A stretch of DNA of 60,769 nt, filler included, from Hausera hauseri (taxonomy: Eukaryota): the NCBI GenBank assembly GCA_046269625.1. It is 10 parts of 10 records of this genome, joined end to end, with 100 filler letters (N's around TTAATTAATTAA, not from the genome) between each part and the next. Parts side by side here need not be neighbours in the genome. Positions count along the whole stretch, not along the records: positions 20,748 to 27,301 come from JBJURY010087765.1; positions 27,402 to 32,858 come from JBJURY010250625.1; positions 32,959 to 37,113 come from JBJURY010730990.1; 7 more parts are not named here. One strand, written 5' to 3'. Shown here in pieces: positions 25,465 through 37,213 of this stretch. The first letter of the stretch is position 1; each line of letters starts with the position of its first letter. The position numbers were made by a program, and so were the translations under genes. The notes beneath the pieces are model-generated. The model was not told the origin of the DNA. It was given only the letters and a program-made list of their open reading frames with translations, and did not search any database.

Positions 25465-26230
25465 TGTCCGAATTGATGATGACTTTATAACGACCGGCAA
25501 CATCCACACCGATTTTATATGACGTGAAACTTTGAGACGGATTGAAATTGAACACAAAAACGACACTGGCTCGATCGAAAACGATAATTTTATCTTCCTC
25601 GCGCTTTCGGATAACAAATGCCTGTGGGGTGCTAACCATTTGTATTTCTCTTCAGTTGTGTTCATGATTCTATCAAAATTATAAAGGAATTTGTATTTGA
25701 GCATCTCGTCATCGACAAGATTCCATTGCCGTCGAACATAATGGTAGCTGTTTCCGTTTCCTACAGGAGGAAAATCGAGCCATTCCGGATGGCCACATTC
25801 GTTACCCATGAAATTCATATAAGCGTCTCCACCGAGACCATGGATTATCAGTCGTATCATTTTATGTAAAGCTATTCCCCGATCGATTACAAGATTGGGT
25901 TCGCCTATCGTGATCATACTCGTGTGCATGTCTTTATCCATCAACCAGAATGCCAAGGTTTTGTCACCAACAAGTGCCTGATCATGTGATTCGGCATAAG
26001 CAATATTCGGTTCGTCATAGCGACGATTAGTGAGGGCAAATACAATACTTCCCATGTCCCAATCTTCATCGGCGTACTTTTTCGTCAGCTCAATTCACTT
26101 ATCCGCTATGGCCATTGCCAATCGATAATCAAACCTGGCACCTCCTTCCGTAATAGGTCTACACAAAGTCGGCATATCGGATACTTCTTCACAAATTGCA
26201 ATAATGAACGGAAATTTTGTTTTCAGAAAG
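25465..26230 (-). pseudogene. GBE1: 1,4-alpha-glucan branching enzyme C-terminal fragment, intronless
   Basis: [57 protein letters not shown]; one stop and a frameshift. Confidence 0.92.
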
Positions 26231-26239
26231 TAATTGGCC

Positions 26240-27301
26240 AACATTAAATATGTCAACGATTTCCTTCAATTTATTAGATGGGATCCCTCTTATTCGGCAA
26301 TACAGATACAGTTCCTCTTCACATGTCAACAAGTTACGAAGTGCATCGAATTGCGGACAATATCCTGTATTTGTATGTGATGCAATCGTGTCAGTGATTA
26401 TTGATTTCCCATTGATGAATGATTCTCCATTTGTTATGTTCTCTTCTCCAATCAGCATTTTAAACACTGTTGTCTTCCCAGCTCCATTAATTCCTAACAG
26501 ACCAAAGCATTCATCATGCTGCACTCTAAATGTGACATTGTTTACTGCTAACACCCTCTTATCAGATGAAATGGAGTCTTTCACAGTTTTGCCAAACCGG
26601 CACAATGCCTTGAAACTTGCATTGTAAATTTTCGTCAATCCAACAACCTTCAATGCATACTTATCAGCCGGATTCTCTCGGACAACTTTCCTTTCCAATG
26701 CAACATCTTCCTCTTCATTTAATATTACTTCATCGTCTTTAATATTGAAAATATAATTTTCCCACAACGTAACATGAATGAGACCGCTCTTGATCAGAAA
26801 TAAAATCAGCGTCCAGCACACGAACAGAATGAGCAAGGAACAGATCTTTCTGTCGGCAATATCCCAAGCAAACACCGTAATCGTAATTTGATGGGAGAAA
26901 ACTGTACATTAAGTAGTTTGATGATGAATCAATAAGTCCTCCACCTAGATCAAATTGCGGCCAAATAAGAAATAATTTCTTCAAAATATCATTAACAGAT
27001 TTCAATGAGGGATCATCCGTTTCTAGCAGATCGAATATAAAGGTGCTGACAGTCCCAATAACTGCAATCAGCCCATGTAACTGTACAGTGCAACAAAGGT
27101 CCTGATAGGTCTTGTAAAGTAGAATGTAAAGATGTACATGTGGGGGATAATGGCAAATCCGTACAGAATCAGTAAATCAATAAAGGCCCCAACATTTTTG
27201 TACCATGTGTACGACTGGTAATAAAATGCAAAAACTACGGCTATAATGATGACTATAGGAATTAAATATTTCACAATATCCCACAGAAATGTTGATATCC
27301 A
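26240..27301 (-). pseudogene. ABCA-subfamily transporter fragment (TM helices + truncated NBD)
   Basis: LYGFAIIP, PQFDLGGGL, ECFGLLGINGAGKTTVFKML, GYCPQFDAL; truncated before the signature motif and Walker B. Confidence 0.9.
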
Positions 27302-27401
27302 NNNNNNNNNNNNNNNNNNNNNNNNNNNNNNNNNNNNNNNNNNNNTTAATTAATTAANNNNNNNNNNNNNNNNNNNNNNNNNNNNNNNNNNNNNNNNNNN
27401 N

Positions 27402-27582
27402 CCGGCCGATTATCGTGTCCATATCACGAACAACCTGCATCATATGTCGCAGATAAGGTTCCCGTGTTCTCCAGTTCTCCTTAGCACGCAGAAGTATCTT
27501 TTCGGAGAACAGTATCGTGCATAATGTAAAGGTCGATCAAGATTGTAAAAGTGACTCCGGAGAACGTTGAACGAGTGATATA
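27402..27582 (+). pseudogene. 3' end of an unknown ORF upstream of pPolB (homolog at ~55630-56070 minus)
   Basis: Conserved ..IKIVKVTPE..RVI* in both copies. Confidence 0.55.
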
Positions 27583-28135
27583 AGTGAATGAGTTCTGTTA
27601 AACGATACATGTCATAATGTTATACCGTAACGAAGCCCATGTATTTATACTGAAATGTAACAAATAAATTATATTGATTCACAAAAAAGTTAGCAAAATT
27701 ATATATGTATTTGTGATTAAATACGGTCAATCAACTTTTTCATTACAATATAAAGCCAAGCAGAAAATACAAGTCCAATGAGGAAATTAATACGTCATGG
27801 TTGTTGCCACTTTCATTTCCACTCATCTTCGATATGTTTTATAGAGACAGATCGGACGAGTAATTCAATATACTCTCGTCTGTTTATTATTCTGGTTTCT
27901 GTCAGTTCACATAGACACTGAACGTCAAACACATATCCAGTCATTATTTCATCTGTTAATTTCCGAATTTTATTCTCAATGTACTCTTCAGTTTAATTTG
28001 TAATATGTAATATGGCTGATATGTTTATACCTGCGTAAAAGAAATAAGTTGGTGTATATCAATTTATTATATAATTTTACTTAATATTAACATTTACTTT
28101 AATTAGTTTTAATTTAGAAATGTAATCAATATCCA

Positions 28136-28792
28136 ATGTATTGCGTATCTCGCATACATGAGGAGGCAGAACAGTGCCATCAACAGATGGCGAAATTTTA
28201 CAGTGTTGGAATGGACACATATCTGTGTCCGACGTGTAATAATATTTCAGCCCAATGTCCGTACCTCGATTTTTATGAGATGCACAAGCATCATCTCGGA
28301 CCGTTTACACGGTCGAAGAAGATGTTGCTAGTGCATTGCCTCATGTACTCAGGGTGCTGTACAAGTAAAGTGTACGACTTTAGTGGTTGTCATAGTGCAA
28401 TGGCGCTATACTATGGCGCCACAACGGTGCACGGTAAACGGGCCTATATTTGTCCCGGTTATTCAATAGTTAATGATGAAATCAACTATGAAGAATTTTA
28501 CAATGAGCGCCAGGACCACTTGAACCAGTTTCACCCGTGGTGCTCCAAAAAACAAATATTAATGGAATCAGCAAAAATCAACAGCATCCCTTCAACAACA
28601 ACAACCAGTAGAAAACGTAAGGCATCAGCAAGTCTGGACAAATACATCAGAACCAGTACCGATCTGCAAGAAGAAGAAGAGCAACAAGAGGATCAGCAGG
28701 AGGAACAGGAAAAGCAGCAGCAAGAGGAACAGATACAACAGGAGCCAGACATTACAGTCAAGTACGATCTGAACAGATCGTACGTTATATAA
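28136..28792 (+). CDS. Cys/His-rich ORF with Q/E-rich tail, directly upstream of pPolB
   Basis: Open 218 aa; homologous remnant (ITVTYDLNRSYV) at 55219-55530 minus. Confidence 0.6.
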   Translation: MYCVSRIHEEAEQCHQQMAKFYSVGMDTYLCPTCNNISAQCPYLDFYEMHKHHLGPFTRSKKMLLVHCLMYSGCCTSKVYDFSGCHSAMALYYGATTVHGKRAYICPGYSIVNDEINYEEFYNERQDHLNQFHPWCSKKQILMESAKINSIPSTTTTSRKRKASASLDKYIRTSTDLQEEEEQQEDQQEEQEKQQQEEQIQQEPDITVKYDLNRSYVI

Positions 28793-28800
28793 AAGCGAAC

Positions 28801-31800
28801 ATGTCCGCGACAACAACAACAACGCAATTGAGTCATGTTCCGCAAAATGTACGCAACTGGTTAGAATCGGAAGTGGACAAATTCCAACATCATCGCTGCA
28901 AAGTGCAGTATTATGCACTTGCAGAATTCGAAAACATTGAAGGTGACAGAAAACAATGGTACCTGCCACATCGAGCTGTGCCATATACCAAGAATTTTAT
29001 CATTGAGATTGGCGAAAAACTCGAGGAGAAAATCGCCAACTGTTTGGAAAAAGGTAGTGGATGGCGAATTATACGAATTGTCACCCTCGGCTTTACAATA
29101 ACAAAGTCGAGTGACATGATTTACTTGTCGGACAGATTATTCATACGGGCACCTGCAGCTCTGAAGCAGTCTCTGGCAGTAATGAATGTAAAAAATACTG
29201 ACAAAGAATACTGTTTAATTTACAGTATTCTGGCTGTGCTAAAATACGACCAAGTGGATAGACATAGTTCATATTGTCCAAATCAGTATCGGCAGTATTT
29301 TTCCGAATTGGACTTTGATGAATGTTGGATGCCGATGAAATTGAAAACCATTCCGACTTTTGAACGATGTAACCGGATGCTGTCAATTAACGTGTTCCTG
29401 TACAACACAGTCGTAGAAATACCGGTAGATAAAGAGATTTACAAGAATCATCATGTGGACGTAATCTATAGAAGTCGGAACCCGAATGGCCGCCCAATAA
29501 ATTTGATACTGTTAGAGAAAAAGGATGGGGAAAAATTCCATTACGTGGCCGTGACAAATTTAGACAGATTGTTGAACATGGAACATGACCAGTTTATCAA
29601 AAAAGAAATACGATGCAAATGGTGTCCTGTATGTCTACACGGCTTCAGATCACAAACAACATGGGAAAAACTTGTGACGTTGTGCAGACAAAATGCAACA
29701 GGAACAACAATGTATGTCATGCCAGTATAAAAGGAGCTGAGGTTCAGTGACTGGTCCAAAACTGACAGTCCGGCATACGTTGTTTATGCTGATATTGAGG
29801 CAATCCTACTACAGCACAACATATATGATCAAAAGCATATTCCAGATGCCGTCGGCATGCTGGTTGTCACAATAAAAGCTGCGGGTCAACTGCAATATTA
29901 CGTTTTTCATGGCTGGAACTGCGTACGCGATTTCATGCATCAGTTGGAAACAATAGTAGAAACGGAAGTCACATCCTGGTACAGTAGAAATAGCAATAAA
30001 CCCTTGATGTGGACAGATGAAGATGAAAGCCTGAAGTTTGCAGCCACCGATGAATGTTACCTGTGCCACAAAATATTACTGTTCAATGCACAGGAACGGC
30101 TCGTACCGGATCACGATCATTTTACCGGTTGATATTTGGGAGCAGCAAACAATTCGTGCAATTTGGCAAGGCGTGTGCGGCCATTCCTGCCGGTGATTTT
30201 TCATAACTTCCGGGTTATTATTGTTACCATATTTTAAAATGGGCCATAAACGAATTTCCGCACTGGTAACTGTCCATTATCCCAACAACAATATAGGAGC
30301 ACCTGTCCCTGTTAGAACACTTAAACCAGTTCCATGTACGGTTTCTTAACTCATTGCAGTTCCTCAATGAGTCATTAAGAAAGCTCATAAGTGCCTTATC
30401 GGATGTGCCGATAACGCTGACGCAGTTCCCTGCGCATATTTCACGCAGCAAAGGCATATTCCAATATGACTTTGCTGGGTCGTACGAGCGACTTCAGAAA
30501 ACAGATGAATTGCCGCCACAATATACCGGAATCACAGAGGACTAGTACCACAGAGCGCAGGAAGCATGGACAGAGTTCGGATGCAGAAACATGTTGGAGT
30601 ACATGCTCCAGTACCTGAAACTGAACGTGTACTTGTTAGTCGATGTGTTTCAGGTATTTCGTGCTAAGGCGGTGGTGGAAGACAGGCTGGAGCCGCTAAA
30701 CTTTACTCCATATTGGAGATGAGTTGGGCATCGGCACTAATGTCGCTGGACAGGGAAATTGAGCTCTTGCAAGACCCGAAAACGTACCGACTATTTAATG
30801 TTGGTATTCGTGGTAGCATGAGATTTGTCAACAAGCATCACGTAACCAGCGATGGCGATGATACAACGTCAATGTTGTACATCGATATTAATAACTTGTA
30901 CGGCTGGGCGCTTTCGCAACCCTTGCCGTACGGTTAATTTGAATGCATAATGGACAAACAAGAACTGAATACTTTGCTGGACAGTCTTCCAGCAGCAGAA
31001 GCAAACACGACAGAAAGCAGCTCAGTTGGATACCTAATGGAGGTGGACCTTTTGGTACCAGATGAGCTGCATGACGCTCTAGACGATTACCCGTGGCACC
31101 AATTAGCCAATGTCCGCCCGACTCAAAAGTAAAGAAACTGCTCATGACGCATGAACTAAAATCGCATTACGTGGTCCATTGGTGTCTACTTCAGTTTTAC
31201 ATGCAGATCTGTGTACGCGTCACACAGCTGCATTGCGCAATTCGCTTCAATCAGGCGCCGATATTCAAGGCATACATTGACGAAAATTTGGAGAAACAAG
31301 CCGCAGCTTGTACAAAGTTCTAAAAGGACTACTACAAGTTGAAAAATAATTCTCTCTACGGCAAAACAGTAGAGAACTTCAAAAAGCGATTCAATGTGAG
31401 CCTATGTAACAACGAAAATAGGCTGGTTATGTACACCAGCAAGGCTCAGTTCAGGCGATCAATGCACATTACCGATAAACTGGTTGCGGTGCTGCTAAAC
31501 CGGGAAGAAGTCGTTCTGGACCGGCCAGTTACATCGAACAAGTAGTATTGAACTTGAGCAAGTTGAGAATGTACTTGGCACGTTACCAGCAAATGTTCGA
31601 CGGCTGTGAGATCAGTATCGTTGCCGGTTACACAGACAGCTTTTTTTGAGCTGAAAAACGTCAATCGTGAACAACTACTGCGGCAAATTATGGCAGATGG
31701 ACTACTGGACACGTCAAATTATCCGCCGAATCATCCGCTGTACAGCAACGTCATCATGAACAAAATCGGCTGCTTCAAGGATGAAAGTGAAGGTCAGGTT

Positions 31801-32106
31801 CAGTATCGGGAATGGTTATTCCTGCGCCCAAAGTGCTACAGTCTTCTGATGGACTGTGGACTGAAAATTCGGGCAAAAGGAGTCCAGCTGAGGCAGACGG
31901 AGATCGACCATGGTGATTATCGCCGTATCTATAAAGAAGAAGAAGGATAATCAAAGGCTGTTGTGTCTTAAACGATCATCCGATCAATTGTGCATCAGCT
32001 TTATACGGTAACGAATAGAAAAGTCGCTTTATCATGCGATGATGATAAACGTAATTGGGTGGGGCGAAATAAGAGTTTGGCACATGGACATTGGAGGTTG
32101 AAATAA
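28801..32106 (+). pseudogene. Protein-primed family B DNA polymerase (Polinton/adintovirus-like), near full length, decayed
   Basis: YADIEA, CYLC..DHDHFTG (endonuclease VII-like), VIFHN, KGIF.Y, YIDINNLYGWAL, KNNSLYGKT, degenerate motif C, LRPKCY, DDKR. Confidence 0.9.
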
Positions 32107-32527
32107 AACACGTTCGGTGGTGTCAGATTAAATCAGATACAGGAAATTCAATATGGTCTGGATATTGTAACAATTATTGACAATGATTATCTTTTGTACA
32201 TTGTTTTATTTTAATGTTAATAACGTACTTTGGTCAGTGTCTTTTGTGTTTTATTTTCGGTTACGTAACCTGTTATTATTAAGTAAGAGAAGGTAAAAGT
32301 AAAACAATAACCTTGCACGAGAAAACAAAATATGTAACTCGAATACATGTATTTATTGATCGGAGGAAAACTAAAATCACAAAAGCACTCAAAGTAAGTC
32401 AGTTAAATCATAGTAAACTTCTCCATTTTCCATATTGGGGATTTGACGCCGCTCCTTTCCTTGAATCTTTTGAGCTTCAGTGTCAGGTAGCCTTTAGCTC
32501 CTTCCGGTGGCAAAACTGCTGCTGCTG

Positions 32528-32858
32528 AGTAGAAGAAAGGCAGCGCACTGCCCCAACCTCCCAGGATTGATTATCAATATTTAATAATTAATTTTTTTAA
32601 ATTTTTAAATTTTTTAAATTTTGAATTTTCAAAAAGTGCAATATTGATTTTTTGAAAGTGCACTATTCGGTGCAAATTTTGAATATTATCGAAAAAATAA
32701 AAAATGTGTATTTTTGAATTCTGTACACGATGGTATTGTTCGAAAAAATTTTCGAAAAAATTTTTTTCAAACTCGAATATCTTTCACCGAGTTTTCGAAT
32801 AATTTTGGCTGGAAAACCACAAATGTTCAATTTTTCGAGCTCTATCGAATGGAATATG
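32528..32858 (+). repeat. Second copy of the AGTAG-starting repeat
   Basis: AGTAGAAG..CAGCGCACTG..AGGATTG followed by collinear similarity to 19910-20230. Confidence 0.8.
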
Positions 32859-32958
32859 NNNNNNNNNNNNNNNNNNNNNNNNNNNNNNNNNNNNNNNNNN
32901 NNTTAATTAATTAANNNNNNNNNNNNNNNNNNNNNNNNNNNNNNNNNNNNNNNNNNNN

Positions 32959-33450
32959 GATATATCGTTAGTAAAAGGTATATTAAAAATATTCGCCGAT
33001 CGAACAATGCAAAATGGTAAATCTCACATCGTCGTGCATAGGATTCTCCACGGTTGTCAGTATCCTTTTGCATATCGATTCGATTTTCTCATGTCGTGCT
33101 GTCTTACGGCCGACCTACGTATCCAAGAGTTCTTTGGACAAACTCACCAGTTCGATATATGTTGTCTGGTTTACAACAAATCTTGTCTGCTTGATGTTTC
33201 CCGACACACAGCGGTAATCGATCTGTTTGTTATTAAGCCATTGAATACGCACCAATCCCTTAACTGTTTCCGCGTGGCAATACCAACACTATTTGTATCA
33301 TGTTGGTCGACATATTTCCAATCTCTACTTAGCAATGCCAGTATACCGTGTTTTGGTTGTGATGCAAAAGCGTTCGAACTGATACATTTGTATTGAATCT
33401 TTTGTGCTAAATCTAAAGTCCTAAACCTTTGAAGGTTTATATTATCCTGA
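32959..33450 (-). pseudogene. Possible TOR kinase HEAT-region fragment
   Basis: Weak by-eye resemblance only (DTNSVGIA..L..FNG; ICKRIL..DDVRFTIL). Confidence 0.3.
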
Positions 33451-33599
33451 ATTAAAAGGAATTGATTGATCTGGCTATTTATGAGGTTGGAATGTGATAA
33501 ACCTTTGGATTTTGATTCTTTAGCAGACGCGGAACTAATCGTTTTATCCAAAAAATTCTTTTACTAATAATATCGTAAAGAAAGTGCCATTGGTCTCGA

Positions 33600-35945
33600 C
33601 GTTTTTTATCGTTGTCATTAAGTAGGTTTATCACGGCGGAAAACTAACTCCATCGGTTTGTCGTTGTCAAGACCTTTCTACATCTATCAAATTTGCGAGT
33701 TTAGGACGGGAATTTGAACGGCTGTTGACAGGATCAATCGGTTTAATTTTGTCAATTAAAAATCGACGAGATGTTATAGTAGAATAAAGTTCTTTGTACT
33801 CTGGAGTATTTCCAACCGTCTTTAATTTTGCTGAACTTCTTCCTTCATTCGATTTCGACATATTTTCTGACAACTGCGAGTTGCCGCGCGTTGGTGGTCG
33901 TTCAGATTCTACTTCTGTTGCAATTAAACGTTTGTTAAGGTATGTTCCTGTTGTGGCCGGGCGGTTAATGGTGGGATTTTTTGCAAAAAGCCAAACACCT
34001 TTTTCAATGGTTTGAGCTATGAGTTCCAACCGTGAAAATAAAGCCCGTTCTTTAGGCCAGCCGACTTTTGATAAAATGGATATGTCCAATAAATTACTTT
34101 CCGGCGATTCATCCATCGGAACAGAGCATTTTTCTTTACAAATTTCTAATGGTATTTCAATCAGAGGATTAGCTATTTCAGATATAATACTTTCAGGCAT
34201 CTCATCAAGAAGAAACGAATATGCTTCATTTAAAATAGTATCATCAATTTCAACTATTTCCGGATCTACCGTCGGATTCTTATCTGTGATTTCTTTGGCT
34301 TTCGTTGAATTACTACTTTCATTTGATACTTTCTCTTTCTCGATTACACAAATCTGAATGTTATCGGGAAGCGGATCTATCTTAGTTGTATTGTTTTTTC
34401 ACCAATTCAATGATGGTGTCTTTAAACTCAAGACATGAATCGTTTATAATTGCGAGTTCTGTGCGAGTAGCATATATATTGTGAGTATTTCGATATACCT
34501 TTAAGAAGACTTAAATCATGACGACCAGGAATCCACCACGAAGGTAAATCATTAGTTCCTTCGCATAATTTTATGCGCTCTTGAAGTTCCGGATGGCGAA
34601 GAATCTCATTGCGTATTTTTGAAATTAGATAGATTTTGACCAAGCACATATTTGCACGTTCAGAAGATATATTTTCAATTTCTATATTATGTTCATCTTC
34701 AAAAACAAATGGATACTTTTGACATATCTTTTGACACATTGTATAAAAGGCTTTAAAGTACACTGTTAGGTATTCATCGGATTTCCGTGGTAAATTACTT
34801 ACATTTCGAAAGTTTTTCCAAACGATTTCATCACTATTTGGCAATTTGTTAATTCGAAAAGAATTGATGGCTCGATAAAATTCAGTTTCCTCTCTTCTAG
34901 ACTATTTTGTTGTTCTATATTCATTCAAACTTCCAGAATCCTGATGACCACTGTCAATTAAATGTCCATTAGATCAAATTTTATGTTTCTTTGATTCTTT
35001 CTGTCTCCATAACTTTTGAAACCAACCTATGATCTTACGAAGTCTGATATTCAGTTCAGAATTAGAAAGGAAGTCATCTTTCCTATCAAATTCAGTTTTA
35101 GATTTTTCTGAATCTTTGGAATCAAAGGAATCATCCTTATCCTGAGTGCATTCAAGAATATCTGAAACTGGTTGTTTCTTTGAATATTTATTGGACCCGG
35201 AATCGTTTTGGTCAACCGGATAGCTGGACCCTGACAACCAATCAGAAAAACCAATACAAGTATCCTTAAATATATCATCATATTTCTCCCAACCATGCTT
35301 GAAAATGCCAAGTAAAAGGCATTTGTCAACCGTTGAATTCCACCAACTTGGCAAATGTTCATTATCAAGAAAGGTGAATGATTTGAGATCTGGAAAATGT
35401 GGAATTTCGCGATAATCGACATTAGACAGAATAAGTTTAGCACGATCACCACCAACAATTTCATGATTTAAAAAGTAGAGAAATTGAATTCGATGAAGCA
35501 GTTTATGACTGTTACGCTGGATATGTTTTCGGAAGTTCGAACAAACAAGTATTGAAAATTCAGGATCAGTCTCGTTGTTATCACCATTTGCGTTAAGTGG
35601 TGTTGATATATTGGTGAAAACATCTGGTTGCTCTTCGTCAATATTACTGTCTTCACAACTTTCCGTAATCTTTTTTTGACTTTTAACTTCTTCCTTTTTA
35701 TTCGCAACCGAATTACATTCTTCCAGTCCTCTTAGACTCCGTCCACCTCTTGAAACTGGAGCTGGATATCGTAAATGCAGTTTCATTGCTGTCGAATCTG
35801 ATTCAGGTTGTAAAAGATCTTCAGTAAAACTGTATATTCGATAATCACCAGAGTAATGCCGATCAGCATATTGCAGTATCTGCCTGCAAAGTGATTCCTT
35901 GTTATTTGATAGAACTAATTCGAAAAATCGTTTTAGTCGCATTTC
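33600..35945 (-). pseudogene. CHD6-9/Kismet C-terminal region fragment, intronless
   Basis: WWNSTVDKCLLLGIFKHGWEKYD, LPSWWIPGRHDLSLLKG, WPKERALFSRLELI; stops and frameshifts. Confidence 0.85.
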
Positions 35946-36185
35946 TAAATCGGGAACCTAGCTGTCTTGAAATAATTCACAAAATGACGGATGTTCTCGA
36001 GGATTCGGCACGTAGGGTAACGCATAAAATCGTACGAATTCTGTACTTTTGCTTAATTTTGCACCTCTGATTTCCAGAAATTCGCGGAACCCTTGCACTG
36101 ACAACAATTTCGCTTCATTATTCTCAAAATTATGTTTAATTGGAAAAATGGCAAAATAGATTTGGCGATAAAATCCCACTTCTCA
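35945..36185 (-). pseudogene. ARMC9: ARMC9 (LisH domain-containing) N-terminal fragment
   Basis: IYFAIFP..FLEIRGAKLSKSTEFVRFYALPYVPNPREHPSFCELFQDS. Confidence 0.8.
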
Positions 36186-36799
36186 CACCATTGTTGTTTC
36201 ATAACGAATGTTTTATTAAGAACAATAAGAATTTATTTCAAATTAAAAAAAAACTAATTGATTGCCAGTAAAATCGTTATGTCATATTCACACGTATATA
36301 CAAAAGTATTTATATACAGTCTGAGAATTTCGTGATAATATTTGATAAATATTTTCTTTTTGTCAGAACATCAATTCATTTTGGCAATTAAAGCCTGATG
36401 CATATCTTTGTTTTGGCAGAACATTATATTGAATCTCGACCAAAGAGATATTTAAATTCGGATTGTTGTGGTCCTGATGAAATATTCCGACACGACGAGA
36501 TAGAACACCAAAACGCATCAATTCGTCGGCAAGTGTAAAACAAGTAATAGTAAAAAGGAAATTTGTATTTACTGTTAACATAAATTAAAATAAACACGGA
36601 AGCACGATCTCGTTGGGCACAACACATGGTTAAAATATTTTCTCTGCTTTGTGCTATTACAGTAGGGTTCCAATGTCGAAAATGCTTAAGTGCATATTGT
36701 GGTAGTTAGAGTGTGGTTGCACTAGGGGGATTAGCGTGTCTATGGGAGGACTTTCCCCACAATGTGACTATACTTTGTTGATGTGATTTGCATGTGAAG

Positions 36800-37113
36800 A
36801 TAGTCAATTTTACCGTAGACCAAATAAGGTCTCTTATGGAAAGAAATTGAATATAAGGAACATGAGTGTCATAGCTTATGTAGATCACGGAAAATCGGCA
36901 TTGACGGACTCCTTGGTGAGTAAAGCGGAAATCATGTCTGGTGCGAAAGCTGGAGATTTCAGATTTACATATACCAGAAAGGACGAGCAGGAAATGTGTA
37001 TTACTATAGAGTCAATGGCAATACCTCTTTACAATGAAATGGATGACAATTTCCTAAAAGACGTCAGAGCTATGCAGAAAGTCGTTTTGGCAGATGATGA
37101 TTCCAATTACAAT
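36800..37113 (+). pseudogene. EEF2: Elongation factor 2 5' fragment (pseudogene)
   Basis: [44 protein letters not shown]; lost ATG, frameshift, mutated G1 motif. Confidence 0.88.
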
Positions 37114-37213
37114 NNNNNNNNNNNNNNNNNNNNNNNNNNNNNNNNNNNNNNNNNNNNTTAATTAATTAANNNNNNNNNNNNNNNNNNNNNNNNNNNNNNN
37201 NNNNNNNNNNNNN

